Positions 30,190 to 40,014 are shown, counted from the stretch's first letter. The stretch is DNA of 64,000 bases from an uncultured Actinomycetota bacterium (GCA_963754255.1 CAVWEW010000010.1:63064-127063), one strand, 5' to 3'. Made by a program: numbers and translations. The notes: a model not told the origin generated them from the sequence alone.

Positions 30190-32246
30190 GGCGGAGGGCG
30201 CTCGCAACCCCGCTACTACTCCTGGCGCTCCTTGCCGCCGCCTGTACGAGCGCGCCCGGTAGCCGGGACACCACGCCTACACAACCGTCGAACCCGGTGT
30301 TCTCCCATGCCGGCACGGCGGTGGTGGCAGTGCCGTCCCTTCCGGCGAACTTCAACCCTTCAGCGCCGGCCGGTGGCAATCGCATCACCCAGGAAGTCAT
30401 GGAGCAGGTCTGGCCACAGACCTTCGTGACGAACAACAACGGCGGCCAGACGCTCGAGCCAGGCTTTGTCGAGAGCGCAGAGGCTGTGAGCGTGTCTCCC
30501 CTCACCATCGCCTACTCGCTCAATCCGGCGGCCAAGTGGTCGGACGGGGTGCCGATCACGGCGGCGGACTTCACGTACAACTGGAAGGAGCAACTCGTTT
30601 ACTCCTCGCTCCTTCCTGACGCCGGCCTCCTGGCCGGTTACCGGGATATCTCCCGCATCACGTCGTCGCAGCACGGTCACACGGTGACCGTCGCTTTCAC
30701 CCGTCCATTCGCCGAGTGGGAGTCCCTCTTCTCCGACCTGGTGCCGGCACACATCGGCGAGCGCTACGGATGGGTGGCCGCCTTCCAGGGCTTCGATCCG
30801 GCCAGAGTGATCTCGGGTGGACCCTTCGAGATCACGCAGGTGGTCCCGGGCAGGGAACTTGTGCTCTCCCGGAACCCGCGGTATTGGGCGACGAAGCCCT
30901 CCCTCAGCCAGATCGTCCTCAAGGTCATGCCGACGGCCTCGGCTCTCGCCGGCCTCGACTCCGGGGCCGTCTCAGTGGCCGAGGCCCCCGAGGGCCCACA
31001 GGACACGAACGTGCTCGCCCGCGCGGCACGGACCGGGAGGGCGCTGTCCCGCGAAGACAGCACATTGCCGACACTCTGGCAACTGTGCCTCAACATGACA
31101 TCGCCGACGTTGCAGCCGGCGGCGTTCCGCCTCGGCGTCGAGGACGCGTTGTACATCGCCCAGATCTCGGCCGACTCGGTCGGTCTCGAGGATGAGACTC
31201 TCGGTCCGAGCTTCGACAGGTTTTCCCCCACAGCAGAGGCGGCAAGCGGCGAGCAGCAGACAGAGCCCTGGAACCCGGCTACATCTCTTGGTTACCTGAC
31301 GTCCCTCGGCCTCGTGGCGGGCGGCGATGGCTACCTGCGGCTAGGCGGCGTGGACCCGCCGGTGACGCTGACCCTGCTCATACCGGAGGCGTACCCGACG
31401 ATCGGGGAGGCGGCGGAGGTGATCCAGTCCGAGCTGCAGGCGGTGGGCGTCCGCATCGTCATCCGCCAGCAGCCGCTGTCGACCATGCTGGCGAAGACCT
31501 TGCCGCTCGGAAGTTACGAGCTCGCAATAGCTCCGTTTCTCCTGACGCCGTTTCCGGCCGGCGAGGCGCTGGTGTACACGGTTCCGGTACTGCCGGCGTC
31601 CGTCAGCCCGCCGGGCTCTGCCACATCGGCTGCCGGCACCTCGACTGCAGCAGTCGCCGGAGTCCCCGCCGACAGCTCACCCGAGAAACCTGGAGCCGGT
31701 GCCGGCGCCTCGAGCGGCTCCTCCACCTCGACGTCCACCACCACTACCTCTATCCCGTCGGCCTCGAATCCGGCTCTGCCGTGGTCGGCACCGACGCCCG
31801 CGGGTACCGAGCCCGGTGCTGAGGCGGCCGGCGTTGTCACGCGAGATGTCTTCGGCCTCGACGATCCGCTCGTGGCCCGCTTTCTCGAGGAGTCCTTGAC
31901 GAATCTGAACACCAGCCGGGCCGCGGCCTATCTGAGTGATGCGGACACCACCTTGTGGCAGGACGTGCCCACGATCCCCTTGTTCGAACAACCCATCACG
32001 GTCATCCATCAGAGCAACCTGATCAACGTCTCGGAGAGCCCGACCTGGGCTGGCGTGTTCTGGGACGCAGAGCAGTGGGCGGTCCAGCTGACGCCACGAA
32101 TCCCACCCCCCACCTTCCCGGGCGTGACGCCGCCCTCGACGGCGGGTGCCGTGGCCGATGACACAGCTGCTGCCGCCGGAGGAGCCGGCGCGACCGCGGG
32201 CATCGGAACGAACCGGCACATCGGGGCTAGAGTCTCTCGCCGGTAG
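30186..32246 (+). CDS. Family-5 substrate-binding lipoprotein with Ser/Thr/Ala/Pro-rich insertions
   Basis: GTG 30186 overlaps the secG TGA. Signal peptide plus lipobox (LLLLALLAAAC). SBP_bac_5-like core. There is a low-complexity ~80-aa insert (31.61-31.85 kb) and a Pro/Ala-rich tail. Confidence 0.75.
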   Translation: MRRRALATPLLLLALLAAACTSAPGSRDTTPTQPSNPVFSHAGTAVVAVPSLPANFNPSAPAGGNRITQEVMEQVWPQTFVTNNNGGQTLEPGFVESAEAVSVSPLTIAYSLNPAAKWSDGVPITAADFTYNWKEQLVYSSLLPDAGLLAGYRDISRITSSQHGHTVTVAFTRPFAEWESLFSDLVPAHIGERYGWVAAFQGFDPARVISGGPFEITQVVPGRELVLSRNPRYWATKPSLSQIVLKVMPTASALAGLDSGAVSVAEAPEGPQDTNVLARAARTGRALSREDSTLPTLWQLCLNMTSPTLQPAAFRLGVEDALYIAQISADSVGLEDETLGPSFDRFSPTAEAASGEQQTEPWNPATSLGYLTSLGLVAGGDGYLRLGGVDPPVTLTLLIPEAYPTIGEAAEVIQSELQAVGVRIVIRQQPLSTMLAKTLPLGSYELAIAPFLLTPFPAGEALVYTVPVLPASVSPPGSATSAAGTSTAAVAGVPADSSPEKPGAGAGASSGSSTSTSTTTTSIPSASNPALPWSAPTPAGTEPGAEAAGVVTRDVFGLDDPLVARFLEESLTNLNTSRAAAYLSDADTTLWQDVPTIPLFEQPITVIHQSNLINVSESPTWAGVFWDAEQWAVQLTPRIPPPTFPGVTPPSTAGAVADDTAAAAGGAGATAGIGTNRHIGARVSRR

Positions 32247-32273
32247 CCTCGTGTGACGGGGTGCAGGTGCCAC

Positions 32274-32357
32274 GTCGGAGTGGCGGAATAGGCAGACGCG
32301 CCAGGTTGAGGGCCTGGTCCACGCAAGTGGGTGGGGGTTCAAGTCCCCCCTCCGACA
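32274..32357 (+). tRNA. tRNA-Leu (anticodon GAG)
   Basis: Manual 84-nt cloverleaf: acceptor GTCGGAG/CTCCGAC; D arm GCG-GAATAGGCAGA-CGC; anticodon stem CCAGG/CCTGG with loop TTGAGGG; long variable arm CCAC-GCAA-GTGG; T arm GGGGG-TTCAAGT-CCCCC. CCA is not encoded. Confidence 0.9.
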
Positions 32358-32416
32358 CACACGTTTACGACACGCGAGCGATCAGCGCACACGTGGACCG
32401 TTCGATCGCGAGGGTC

Positions 32417-32599
32417 TTATTTAAGGGTTGCGGCGAGGTCGGCGTAGACGCCGGCCCGATCTGCCGGGTCCGCCGACTCGAGCACGGATACAAGCGCGCG
32501 AAGCTCGGACAGCATGACGCGAAACTCAGCGGCACCCGGTGGTCGAGCGTTGCGGCGGGGGAGCGCACCTCGATTCCACGCCGCCCGGTCCTCGCACAT
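32417..32599 (-). pseudogene. C-terminal remnant of a large serine recombinase
   Basis: The tail ...MLSELRALVSVLESADPADRAGVYADLAATLK* resembles the conserved C-terminal block of actinobacterial large serine recombinases (...ADPADK.E.Y..LGL.LTY...). No catalytic domain is present. It lies 60 nt from the tRNA 3' end. Confidence 0.45.
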
Positions 32600-32740
32600 C
32601 CTCCTCGTGCTCGCCCCTGTCGCCTCTCGCGCAGCGTCGCGTCCTTGCTGTCGGCGGAGCGTAAAATGCCCTTCGCTCCGGTCGCAGGTCCACTTCGGGT
32701 TTGGGTGGAGAATGCCGGATCATTCAAATTAAAATGAGTC

Positions 32741-34960
32741 GTGACGGAATGGGTTTCCGGGATCATGCCGCTCCTCAGTACGGGCTTGTCGTCCGTGACG
32801 CCGGCCACGGCTAGCGGCCGGCCGGTCGTTCTGGTTCGCCTCGCCCGCTCAGTCCTTCGGCACCGCCGGCGGGTCGTGCTCGTGTGGTTTGTCGCGTTCC
32901 TGGCCGGAGGCTTTTGCCGCATCACATCTGGCGAGCCGCCTGAGTTACGACTTTTCATTGCCCGGTCAACCCTCGTACGAGACGAGCGTGAAGGTCCTTC
33001 ACCTTTTCGGCAATGGCGGTTCGGCGACGCCGTCGGTCGCCGTCGTGACGGTGGCGAAGGGTGAGACCGTCCGGGGGCAGGAGGCTCGGCTCGCGGCGGC
33101 CTTCGACTCGGTCCGGCGGTCGTATCCGAGAGTTCGCCTCGTCGACTACTCGGTCACCCACGAGGGCCGCTTCATCACCGGGGACGGCCGCACCACCTTC
33201 GCATACGTATTCGCCCCGCCCAACAACAGCCTCGGCGCAGACCGGGTCACCGATGCAGTGATCGCCGATCTCCAGCGGGTGCTTCCGGGCGACCGCGTCG
33301 GGGTGACGGGGATCGCGCAGCTCAGCAGCGGTGGGTCTTCCAAGGGTCCCGGAGTGCTCGTCGAGACGATCTTCGGCGGCCTTGGAGCCTTGGTGGTACT
33401 GGCGTTCGTGTTCGCGTCCTTCTTGGCCCTCGTTCCACTGCTCGTTGCCGCAGTCTCGATTCCGACGACCTTGCTCGTCATCCTCGGACTCACATACCTG
33501 ACGCCTGTTTCCTTCGTGGTGCAGTTCCTGGTCGCGCTCGTCGGCCTCGGCGTCGCCATCGACTACTCACTCCTCCTCGTGACGCGATGGCGTGAGGAGC
33601 GAAGCCACGGACGGAGCAACGACGAAGCTGTGGAGCGCGCCATGGAGACGGCGGGAAGGTCCGTTGCCCTCTCGGGCTTCACTGTCGCAATTGGCCTCCT
33701 CTCCCTCGTCGTGCTGCCGGTGCCGTTTCTGCGAAGCATCGGGATCGGCGGCATGCTCATCCCCCTTGTTTCCGTCTCTGTCGTGCTGACGTTGCTGCCG
33801 GCGTTGCTCGGCGGCGTCGGGCCGCGATGGGACTGGCCGCGAGTTCGCAACGAGGCAACAGCAAGTCGTGGCTGGACGCGTTGGGCGCGAGGTTTGGCGC
33901 GCCGCCCGTGGGTGGGAGCGATGGCCGCCATCGTGCTGTTGGGCATCGCCATCTCACCGGCCGTCCATCTACGGGTCGGGCAGACCTCGGCAGGGGCCGA
34001 GGCGAGCAGCGGTTCTGCCCATGACCTGTATCAGCATCTCCTCGCCGACGGAGCCCCCGGCGGACTGCTGACGCCGATGGAGGTGCTGACGGCCGCGTCG
34101 TCAGGCTCCTCGGTCGTCCGCCAACTGGCCTCCGTGCCGGGTGTTGAGGCGGTGTCCCTTCCCGACGGCCCGACCGGGTCACGGCGGGGGATGTCGGACG
34201 TGATCGTCGTGCCGTCGGAGGAAACCGTTGACAGCGCCACCCTCGGGCCCGTGCGGGCGGTCGAGCAACGCCTCGCCGGCCGGAGTGGCGTCATCGGGGT
34301 GACGGGAACCGGTCCGGGCCAGCAGGCTTTCACGAGCGCCGTATACGGCAATGTCCCGCTGCTCGTGGTTGTGCTGGCCGTCCTGACGTTCCTCCTTCTG
34401 GCGAGGGCGTTTCGCTCGATCGTGCTGGCCGTGAAGGCGGTCGTGCTCAACATCGTGTCCCTCGCCGCCGTCTTCGGCATCCTCACCTGGTTCTGGCAGG
34501 ACGGCCACGGATCGACGGTGATATTCGGGATTGCGGCGACGGGTGCCATCACGTTCTGGGTGCCGATCACGATCTTCTCATTCCTGTACGGGCTGTCGAT
34601 GGACTACGAGGTCTTCATCCTTTCGAGGATGCGGGAGGAGTACGACGTCACCGGATCAACGGAGGAAGCAATGGTGCGGCGGACTGTCCCGGACCGGGCG
34701 CTTGGTGACGAGCGCGGCGCTCATCCTCTTCCTCGCTTTCGCTTCACTCGCGTCTGCTCCCGTAACCGACATCAAGGTGCTGGCGACCGGTCTCGGGATC
34801 GGCATACTCGCTCGACGCGACGATCATCCGGGCGCTCTTTGTGCCGTCTCTCGTCGTCCTTTTCGGAAAGTGGAACTGGTGGTTCCCGGACCGTTTCGCG
34901 CGCTTGCTCGGTGTCCGGTCCCCGGCGTCAGCAGGCCGCCCCGACTGTGACGTCACTTGA
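32741..34960 (+). pseudogene. MMPL-family (RND-type) membrane transporter, three frame disruptions as sequenced
   Basis: The N-terminus (LRHRRRVVLVWFVAFLAGGF) is in the 32741 frame and the body in the 32889 frame (switch at T4 32912-32915). After GLSMDYEVFILSRMREEY the frame switches near 34679 (GLSRTGRLVTSAALILF) and again near 34809 (LDATIIRALFVPSLVVLFGKWNWWFP). Stop at 34958-34960. Confidence 0.75.
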
Positions 34961-35418
34961 GCTCGAGCCCCGCCCCGCTCGCCTGTGCGGGCGGTTTCGT
35001 CGCAGTCGACCTCCCAAGGGCCGCGACGAGATAGGCCGAAGTGGTCCTGTCGCAGCCAGCGCCCGCAGGCGCAGTCCCTCCGGGCGGTTATCCGGGTGAG
35101 GTTGGAGGCTTCGGCGGTGGCGGCTCGTCGATCGCAGGCTCGTGGCGCCGCCGCCGACTGTCGCTCAGGTATAGATTCCCCGGCCACTCACCAAGGGGGC
35201 CGCGAATCCGTCTCAGGTAGCCAGCTTGGGTCAGGAAACCCGCAGCTCAAGTCGGGTGCAGTCGCCTCGGGTAGTGCCCGTAGACGATCTGTCAGCTCAC
35301 TGGCAGTAATGCACCGCTTACATGGTCATGGCGCTCTTCGGCGGCCCTACGCCCGCGGCGCCGACACGATGGAGCGCGTACCGATGAATCGGACAGTTCA
35401 GAGATCCGTCGCGTCTCG

Positions 35419-35778
35419 TCAGCTCAGCCAATGGACCCAGTCCTGCTGTTCGTCCGGCGTCTCGGTTAGGAGGTCCTCTAGTGCTGCAACGAGGTCTCTT
35501 GGATAGCTGCTACGGGCACGGTGAAACCGACGCGGCGAAGTGAAGATGACGCCGCGATGATGCTCACCGTTACGAGCCCAGATTCGCACGATGCGGTCGA
35601 AGTCCTTGACGTTCTCGGTCACGATGGCCCGGTCGTCGACGGTGGCGGCCCGGAGGAGATCCTCGTCAGGCAACGCCGCCAACCTCGCGTCTTCCGCCGC
35701 CGCCAGCACATCGTAACCACTTTGGCGTAGCTGCTCGGCCGCACTAGGCGAGTGATGAACGTCGAGGAGCAGCCTCAC
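35419..35778 (-). CDS. DUF5615-family PIN-like toxin candidate
   Basis: VRLLLDVHHSP...DEDLLRAATVDDRAIVTENVKDFDRI matches the DUF5615 pattern (LLD, acidic residues, T-x-D/N-x-DF). GTG 35778 overlaps the stop of the upstream gene (GTGA). Confidence 0.6.
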   Translation of the reverse strand: MRLLLDVHHSPSAAEQLRQSGYDVLAAAEDARLAALPDEDLLRAATVDDRAIVTENVKDFDRIVRIWARNGEHHRGVIFTSPRRFHRARSSYPRDLVAALEDLLTETPDEQQDWVHWLS

Positions 35779-36200
35779 CCGGCCAGCAGCTGCTGGCGCC
35801 GACGCCACAGAGCCTCGGATTCCTCTGCGGTTGTAGCGTTGGCTGCGATTTCGTCGTTTATCTCGTCTGGGAAGGCCGCGTAGTAATCAAGGGCGGCCGT
35901 GACGTCCTCTGGTGAAAGGCCGAATAGATCAACTTCTCTGCCGACGCGCTCAGAAATCGGGATGTCACCGCCGACCATTCCAGCGACCACCTCCCAGATG
36001 TCGGGACCTCCGAGCAGCCCAGCACGCCTGCCTGTGGCACCGTCACGAAAGACGATGAGGGGGTGACGCCGCAACCTGAGGCCCTCCTCAATCAACTCTT
36101 CCGCGAGCGATGACGACGAGAGCCTTCGGATGGCGGCCTCGGCCTTCAGACGCTCGAGGGTATCTTCGCTGCGGAAGCGGATCGAAAGTGGATGCGACAT
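35775..36200 (-). CDS. DUF433-like antitoxin candidate with an N-terminal ribbon-helix-helix-like segment
   Basis: ATG 36200. N-terminal SIRFRSEDTLERLKAEAAIRRLSSSSLAEELIEEGL, then a DUF433-like core (IVFRDGATGRRAGLLGGPDIWEVV...LSPEDVTAALDYYAAFPDEI). Confidence 0.55.
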   Translation of the reverse strand: MSHPLSIRFRSEDTLERLKAEAAIRRLSSSSLAEELIEEGLRLRRHPLIVFRDGATGRRAGLLGGPDIWEVVAGMVGGDIPISERVGREVDLFGLSPEDVTAALDYYAAFPDEINDEIAANATTAEESEALWRRRQQLLAG

Positions 36201-36272
36201 GACTACAGTGTAGTCAGGCCCCAGCGGCGACCACGGCGGTAAGTTGAAGACGCCGATCTCGCCACAACATAA

Positions 36273-36725
36273 GTGACCTCCGTCGTCATCGACGACCACC
36301 TGCTGCGCGACATCCTTACTGGCGAGCGTACGCAGGACCTCGACGGGATAGCGGCCGCGGGCGTTGCGACCACCGGCCTCTGGCTGTTCCGATTGTGTTC
36401 CTCGCTCGCTGACCCAGGCGTCGCCCGAAGGCTCTCCGCCCCAGTTGCCGGACTGCCGGCTGGCCTCCCGGCTCGATTCCGTGCGCAACTGGCCGCGCTC
36501 CCTAACGAGATCAAGGTGCTCTCCCTGCGCGAGCTCTCATGCGTCGATAGCAGAGCTACCGCACCACCATCGGGCACGAAGGGCGAGGCATGTCGGCAGC
36601 TATGGTCGAGGCCCTTGCTGCAGCCCACTGGCTCGACGCGGGCATCGCAGTGTCGAAGCACATATGTCGGCCCGAATCTTCGCTCGGCCGCCAGAGCCGA
36701 CGGCATTGAGTTCCACACCTTGTAG
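36273..36725 (+). pseudogene. Hypothetical protein (possibly PIN-like), reading frame broken at least twice
   Basis: The N-terminal 95 aa read well (VVIDDHLLRDILTGE...TTGLWLFRLCSSL...VLSLRELS). Plausible continuations (AMVEALAAAHWLDAGIAVS, then GPNLRSAARADGIEFHTL*) lie in different frames. Confidence 0.3.
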
Positions 36726-36804
36726 GCACACGCCTGTCGCATAGGGATGTGATGGCCCGTTCACAGCCGCACTGTCCGCTGTCAGTTGCAAGGATGAGGC
36801 AGGT

Positions 36805-36818
36805 GTGACTAGCGTCAC
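36805..36818. promoter_or_regulatory. Inverted repeat GTGAC-tagc-GTCAC (second copy of the 3948 motif)
   Basis: Perfect 5+5 inverted repeat with a 4-nt spacer, 45 nt upstream of GTG 36863. Confidence 0.3.
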
Positions 36819-36862
36819 GGCAGGTCCAGACCTTCTGGCCGACAGCTTTCGATTGGAGAACC

Positions 36863-37126
36863 GTGCCGACCGTTGTCGCCCACCACGACGTGAAGGATAA
36901 GGACCATTGGCTTGCGTCGCCCAAGCGCCAAGAAGTGTTTGGTCCCCATGGAGTCACCAACATCCGGACGTTCGTCGACCCTCAGAACCCGACCCACGTG
37001 GCACTTATCATGGACGTTGCGGATATGGATGCCCTCATGGCGTTCATGCAGACCGCAGAAGCGTCTGAAGCGATGACTCATGACGGCGTGCTGCCCGAGA
37101 CATTGACGATCCTCGTCGAGGCTTAG
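36863..37126 (+). CDS. Small conserved hypothetical protein (87 aa, alpha+beta type)
   Basis: Compact non-repetitive ORF (VVAHHDVKDKDHWLASPKRQEVFGPHGVTNIRTFVDPQNPTHVALIMDV). I recall similar small proteins of unknown function from actinobacteria. Confidence 0.5.
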   Translation: MPTVVAHHDVKDKDHWLASPKRQEVFGPHGVTNIRTFVDPQNPTHVALIMDVADMDALMAFMQTAEASEAMTHDGVLPETLTILVEA

Positions 37127-37341
37127 CTCCATATTCGGAGCTCGAGCTTGTAGTCCGTCGCGACGATCTTCACCGGCGAAGCTGGCGACAGTGGCTGACG
37201 GGCGCCCGCGGTGCAACGGTCTCGCGCCGGGCCGTCCTGGGGCCCCCCCAGTGCCTGGACAACCATCTCGCGCCTCCACAGGCGGACTTCCGGCCGACTG
37301 CCGGACGCAGGGTGACAAGCGTGACCGAAACCGATGGCGCC

Positions 37342-37623
37342 TCAGGCGCTACCGACGACCTCGAAGAGTCCGGCACTGTCAATGGTCAGCGGCGCCTCCG
37401 CCGGCACCTCCATGCTCCGCCGGTCAAGCTCGGCCCGAGCATCCTCGGCGGTGTCAAAGAGTTCGAACGAGACGCCATGGGCTCCGTCCTCACTTCGTGC
37501 CCAATAGCCGCCCTTGAAGCCCTGGGCACGCTTCACGCCTGGAATGATCTCCTCTTGGAGACTCTTCGCTACGTCATCCCAACGACCCTCTTTCAACGTC
37601 ACACGAACCACGATGGCGTACAT
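37342..37623 (-). CDS. ABM (antibiotic-biosynthesis-monooxygenase)-like small protein
   Basis: The internal ATG 37623 gives 93 aa (MYAIVVRVTLKEGRWDDV...GFKGGYWARSEDGAHGVSFELFDTAEDA), typical of a ferredoxin-like ABM fold. Confidence 0.5.
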   Translation of the reverse strand: MYAIVVRVTLKEGRWDDVAKSLQEEIIPGVKRAQGFKGGYWARSEDGAHGVSFELFDTAEDARAELDRRSMEVPAEAPLTIDSAGLFEVVGSA

Positions 37624-37985
37624 AGCCGGCCTCCTTGAAGGTTGGAGTTTGCGGGAACCGGAAGTTGCAACACGCCAATACAAGCACTTCGCAAGGCAAG
37701 CCGACAAGTAACGGCTTCTTCTTCGGGGCCTGATCCGCCATGCCGGTCGCGCAGCGTCCCCGGCTCAGACCTTCGCTGCCGTGACGTTCGACGTCGTCGT
37801 CGGCGACGTTGGCGTAAGCCGGACCCGGGTCCTCCCGATGATCCGCGACGGCGACGGCCTTGCACGTGACGTCGCCGAGTTCGAGGCGAGATCACGCCGA
37901 GTCGGCATCGAAAGCTCCATGATCTCGGCTGTCTGACCGTGAGGACGCGGTCCGAAGGCTCGCCGGCGCTCTCTCCCGAGCCACA

Positions 37986-38805
37986 TCAAACGTACCTGTC
38001 GATCACGTCCTTTATATGCGGGTTCAGAATCTCATGGGCATGCCCGAAGATCGAGCAATGGCCCATGCTTTCGAAGAAGTGGAATTCGCCCTTCGGCGCC
38101 AGTTCCACGACCTCTTCCCGTATGGCCACGGCGCTTGGACGTCCTCCTCGAAGCCGAACACGTGGACTGGCACCTGACAAGAAGGAAGCCGGTCCACAAT
38201 GTCGAGAGTGTCGATACATGCCTGCCATGCGGGTATTAGTGATCGCTCATTCTCTTCGAGAAACTGTTCTCCGAGAAAGCCCTTGATCTGCTCCCAGGAT
38301 TCCTTGTCGGCGAGTACGTGTCCTGGGTAGAGCTCGGCGGCGTAGTGTGTGGTAGCGAACAGGCCGCGATTTACGCCTTGCCTCCGCAGCTCTACTTCTG
38401 CCCGCATATAGTCACCGATCCAGCCGTCGTGGCCTTGGGCGGAAGTTCCATCGAGAAATTGCGCATCGGACTAGGTCAGGGCGATCGAGCACAAGCTGCG
38501 AGCCGATAAACGATCCCATCGACAAGCCAACGATGGCGACTGGCGGCGTACACAGTTCGTCGATAACCACAGCGGCGTCGTGAGCAAAGTCAGCGATGCT
38601 CCATGGCTCGGGCGCTGTGCACTTCGTCTGACCGATCCCACGGTTGTCGAAGGTCGTGTTACGGAAGAATGGCTCGAAATATGGAATCTGCCAGGTATGC
38701 CAGTCGGAGCCCAACCCCCCCACCACCGGAGAGCCAGACGAGGTCTGGACCTTCTCCGAATTGGTCATAGTGAATGGTCAGGTCCCCAGTCTCGAGTTCG
38801 GGCAT
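37986..38805 (-). pseudogene. Alpha/beta hydrolase, paralogue of 39026-39850, three frame disruptions as sequenced
   Basis: Pieces in three frames align colinearly to the neighbour: MPELETGDLTIHYDQFGEGPDLVWLSGGGG | SDWHTWQIP...GLSMGSF...RCAI | DGTSAQGHDGWIGDYMRAEVELRR...VQAP | REEVVELAPKGEFHFFESMGHCS...*. Breaks lie at the C7 run 38715-38721, near 38458 and near 38140. Confidence 0.7.
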
Positions 38806-39025
38806 CTCTTCAACACCTTTCGGGCGAACGCCGGATGATCACAACTACTCCGCTACCGCTGTAACACAGCACCTCGGCCTTCGATCGTAGGGTAGGCGGC
38901 CTAGCTCGCCGACTCCACCAAAGGGCGCCGACACGCCCCAGCGGTGTCCTCCGGCCTTGAGATGGATCCCGTCGACCACCCGTGGACGAAGTCGGTGGCC
39001 GCCAGGCAGCGTTCGGCCGCCATGG

Positions 39026-39850
39026 TTAGGCCGGCAGCTCGGCGATAACCTCTCGCACGGCGGCGTTGAACCTGTCGTGACCATGGCCCCGCAGCGACCC
39101 ATGCCCCATGCGGTCGAACAGGTGGTACTTCGCTCCCGGAACAAGGTCGGCCACCTGCTTTCCGAACTGCGGGGGAGCCTGGACGTCTTCGGCGTAGGCG
39201 AAGACGTGAAAGGGGACACGGCAGGAGGGGAGGCGATCAACTACGTCAAACTCGACGCAGGCTTGCCACTGGGGGATGAGCGACTCCTCGTTTGCCTCGA
39301 GGAACCCTTGGCCGATCATCCACTCTTTTATGTCGTTCCATTGCTGCTCGTCGCCGAGCACGTGTGCCGGGTAGAGCTCTGCGGCGTAGTGCGTGATGGC
39401 GAACATCCCCTCTAGGCGCCCGCCGTCGCGCCGCAGCTCGATCTCAGCCCCCATGTAGTCACCGAGCCAGCCGCGACCGCCGGCAGCTGCAGTGCCGGAG
39501 GCGATAACGCCTCGCAACAGGTCGGGACGGTCGAGGGCGAGCTGGGTCACGATGAACCCGCCCATCGACTGGCCGATCACGACGACCGGGGGCGCGGAGA
39601 CTGCTTCGATGAGAGCCGCCGCGTCAGCCGCCATATCAGCAATGCTCCAGGGCAGCGGCTCGTCGCATCTCGTGAGCCCGATGCCCCTGTTGTCGAACGT
39701 CGTGCAGCGGAAGTCCATGAAGAACTCCGGGACCTGGTAACGGTGCCAGTCATGGCCGCGGCCACCTCCGCCGGCGACGAACACTAGATCGGGGCCTTCA
39801 CCTACCTGCTCGTAGTGCGTGAGCACGCCGGGCAGCTGGACGTCGGACAC
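39026..39850 (-). CDS. Alpha/beta-fold hydrolase
   Basis: Intact 274 aa with nucleophile elbow GQSMGG and a C-terminal His (RMGHGS). Confidence 0.8.
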   Translation of the reverse strand: MSDVQLPGVLTHYEQVGEGPDLVFVAGGGGRGHDWHRYQVPEFFMDFRCTTFDNRGIGLTRCDEPLPWSIADMAADAAALIEAVSAPPVVVIGQSMGGFIVTQLALDRPDLLRGVIASGTAAAGGRGWLGDYMGAEIELRRDGGRLEGMFAITHYAAELYPAHVLGDEQQWNDIKEWMIGQGFLEANEESLIPQWQACVEFDVVDRLPSCRVPFHVFAYAEDVQAPPQFGKQVADLVPGAKYHLFDRMGHGSLRGHGHDRFNAAVREVIAELPA

Positions 39851-40014
39851 TCAGCGCCCCTGGCCCTGCGGTCGAGGCTGACCGCTTTGGGTTTCTGGCA
39901 TGGCGGTAGGTGCTGTCCTTTCACTCGGGATCTCGTGGTTGTCGCAGTCCCCTCTGCTGACAGCCAGTGGCCGCTTCGGACCCGCGGGCATAGCTTGAGG
40001 CCCATGCGGGAGGA

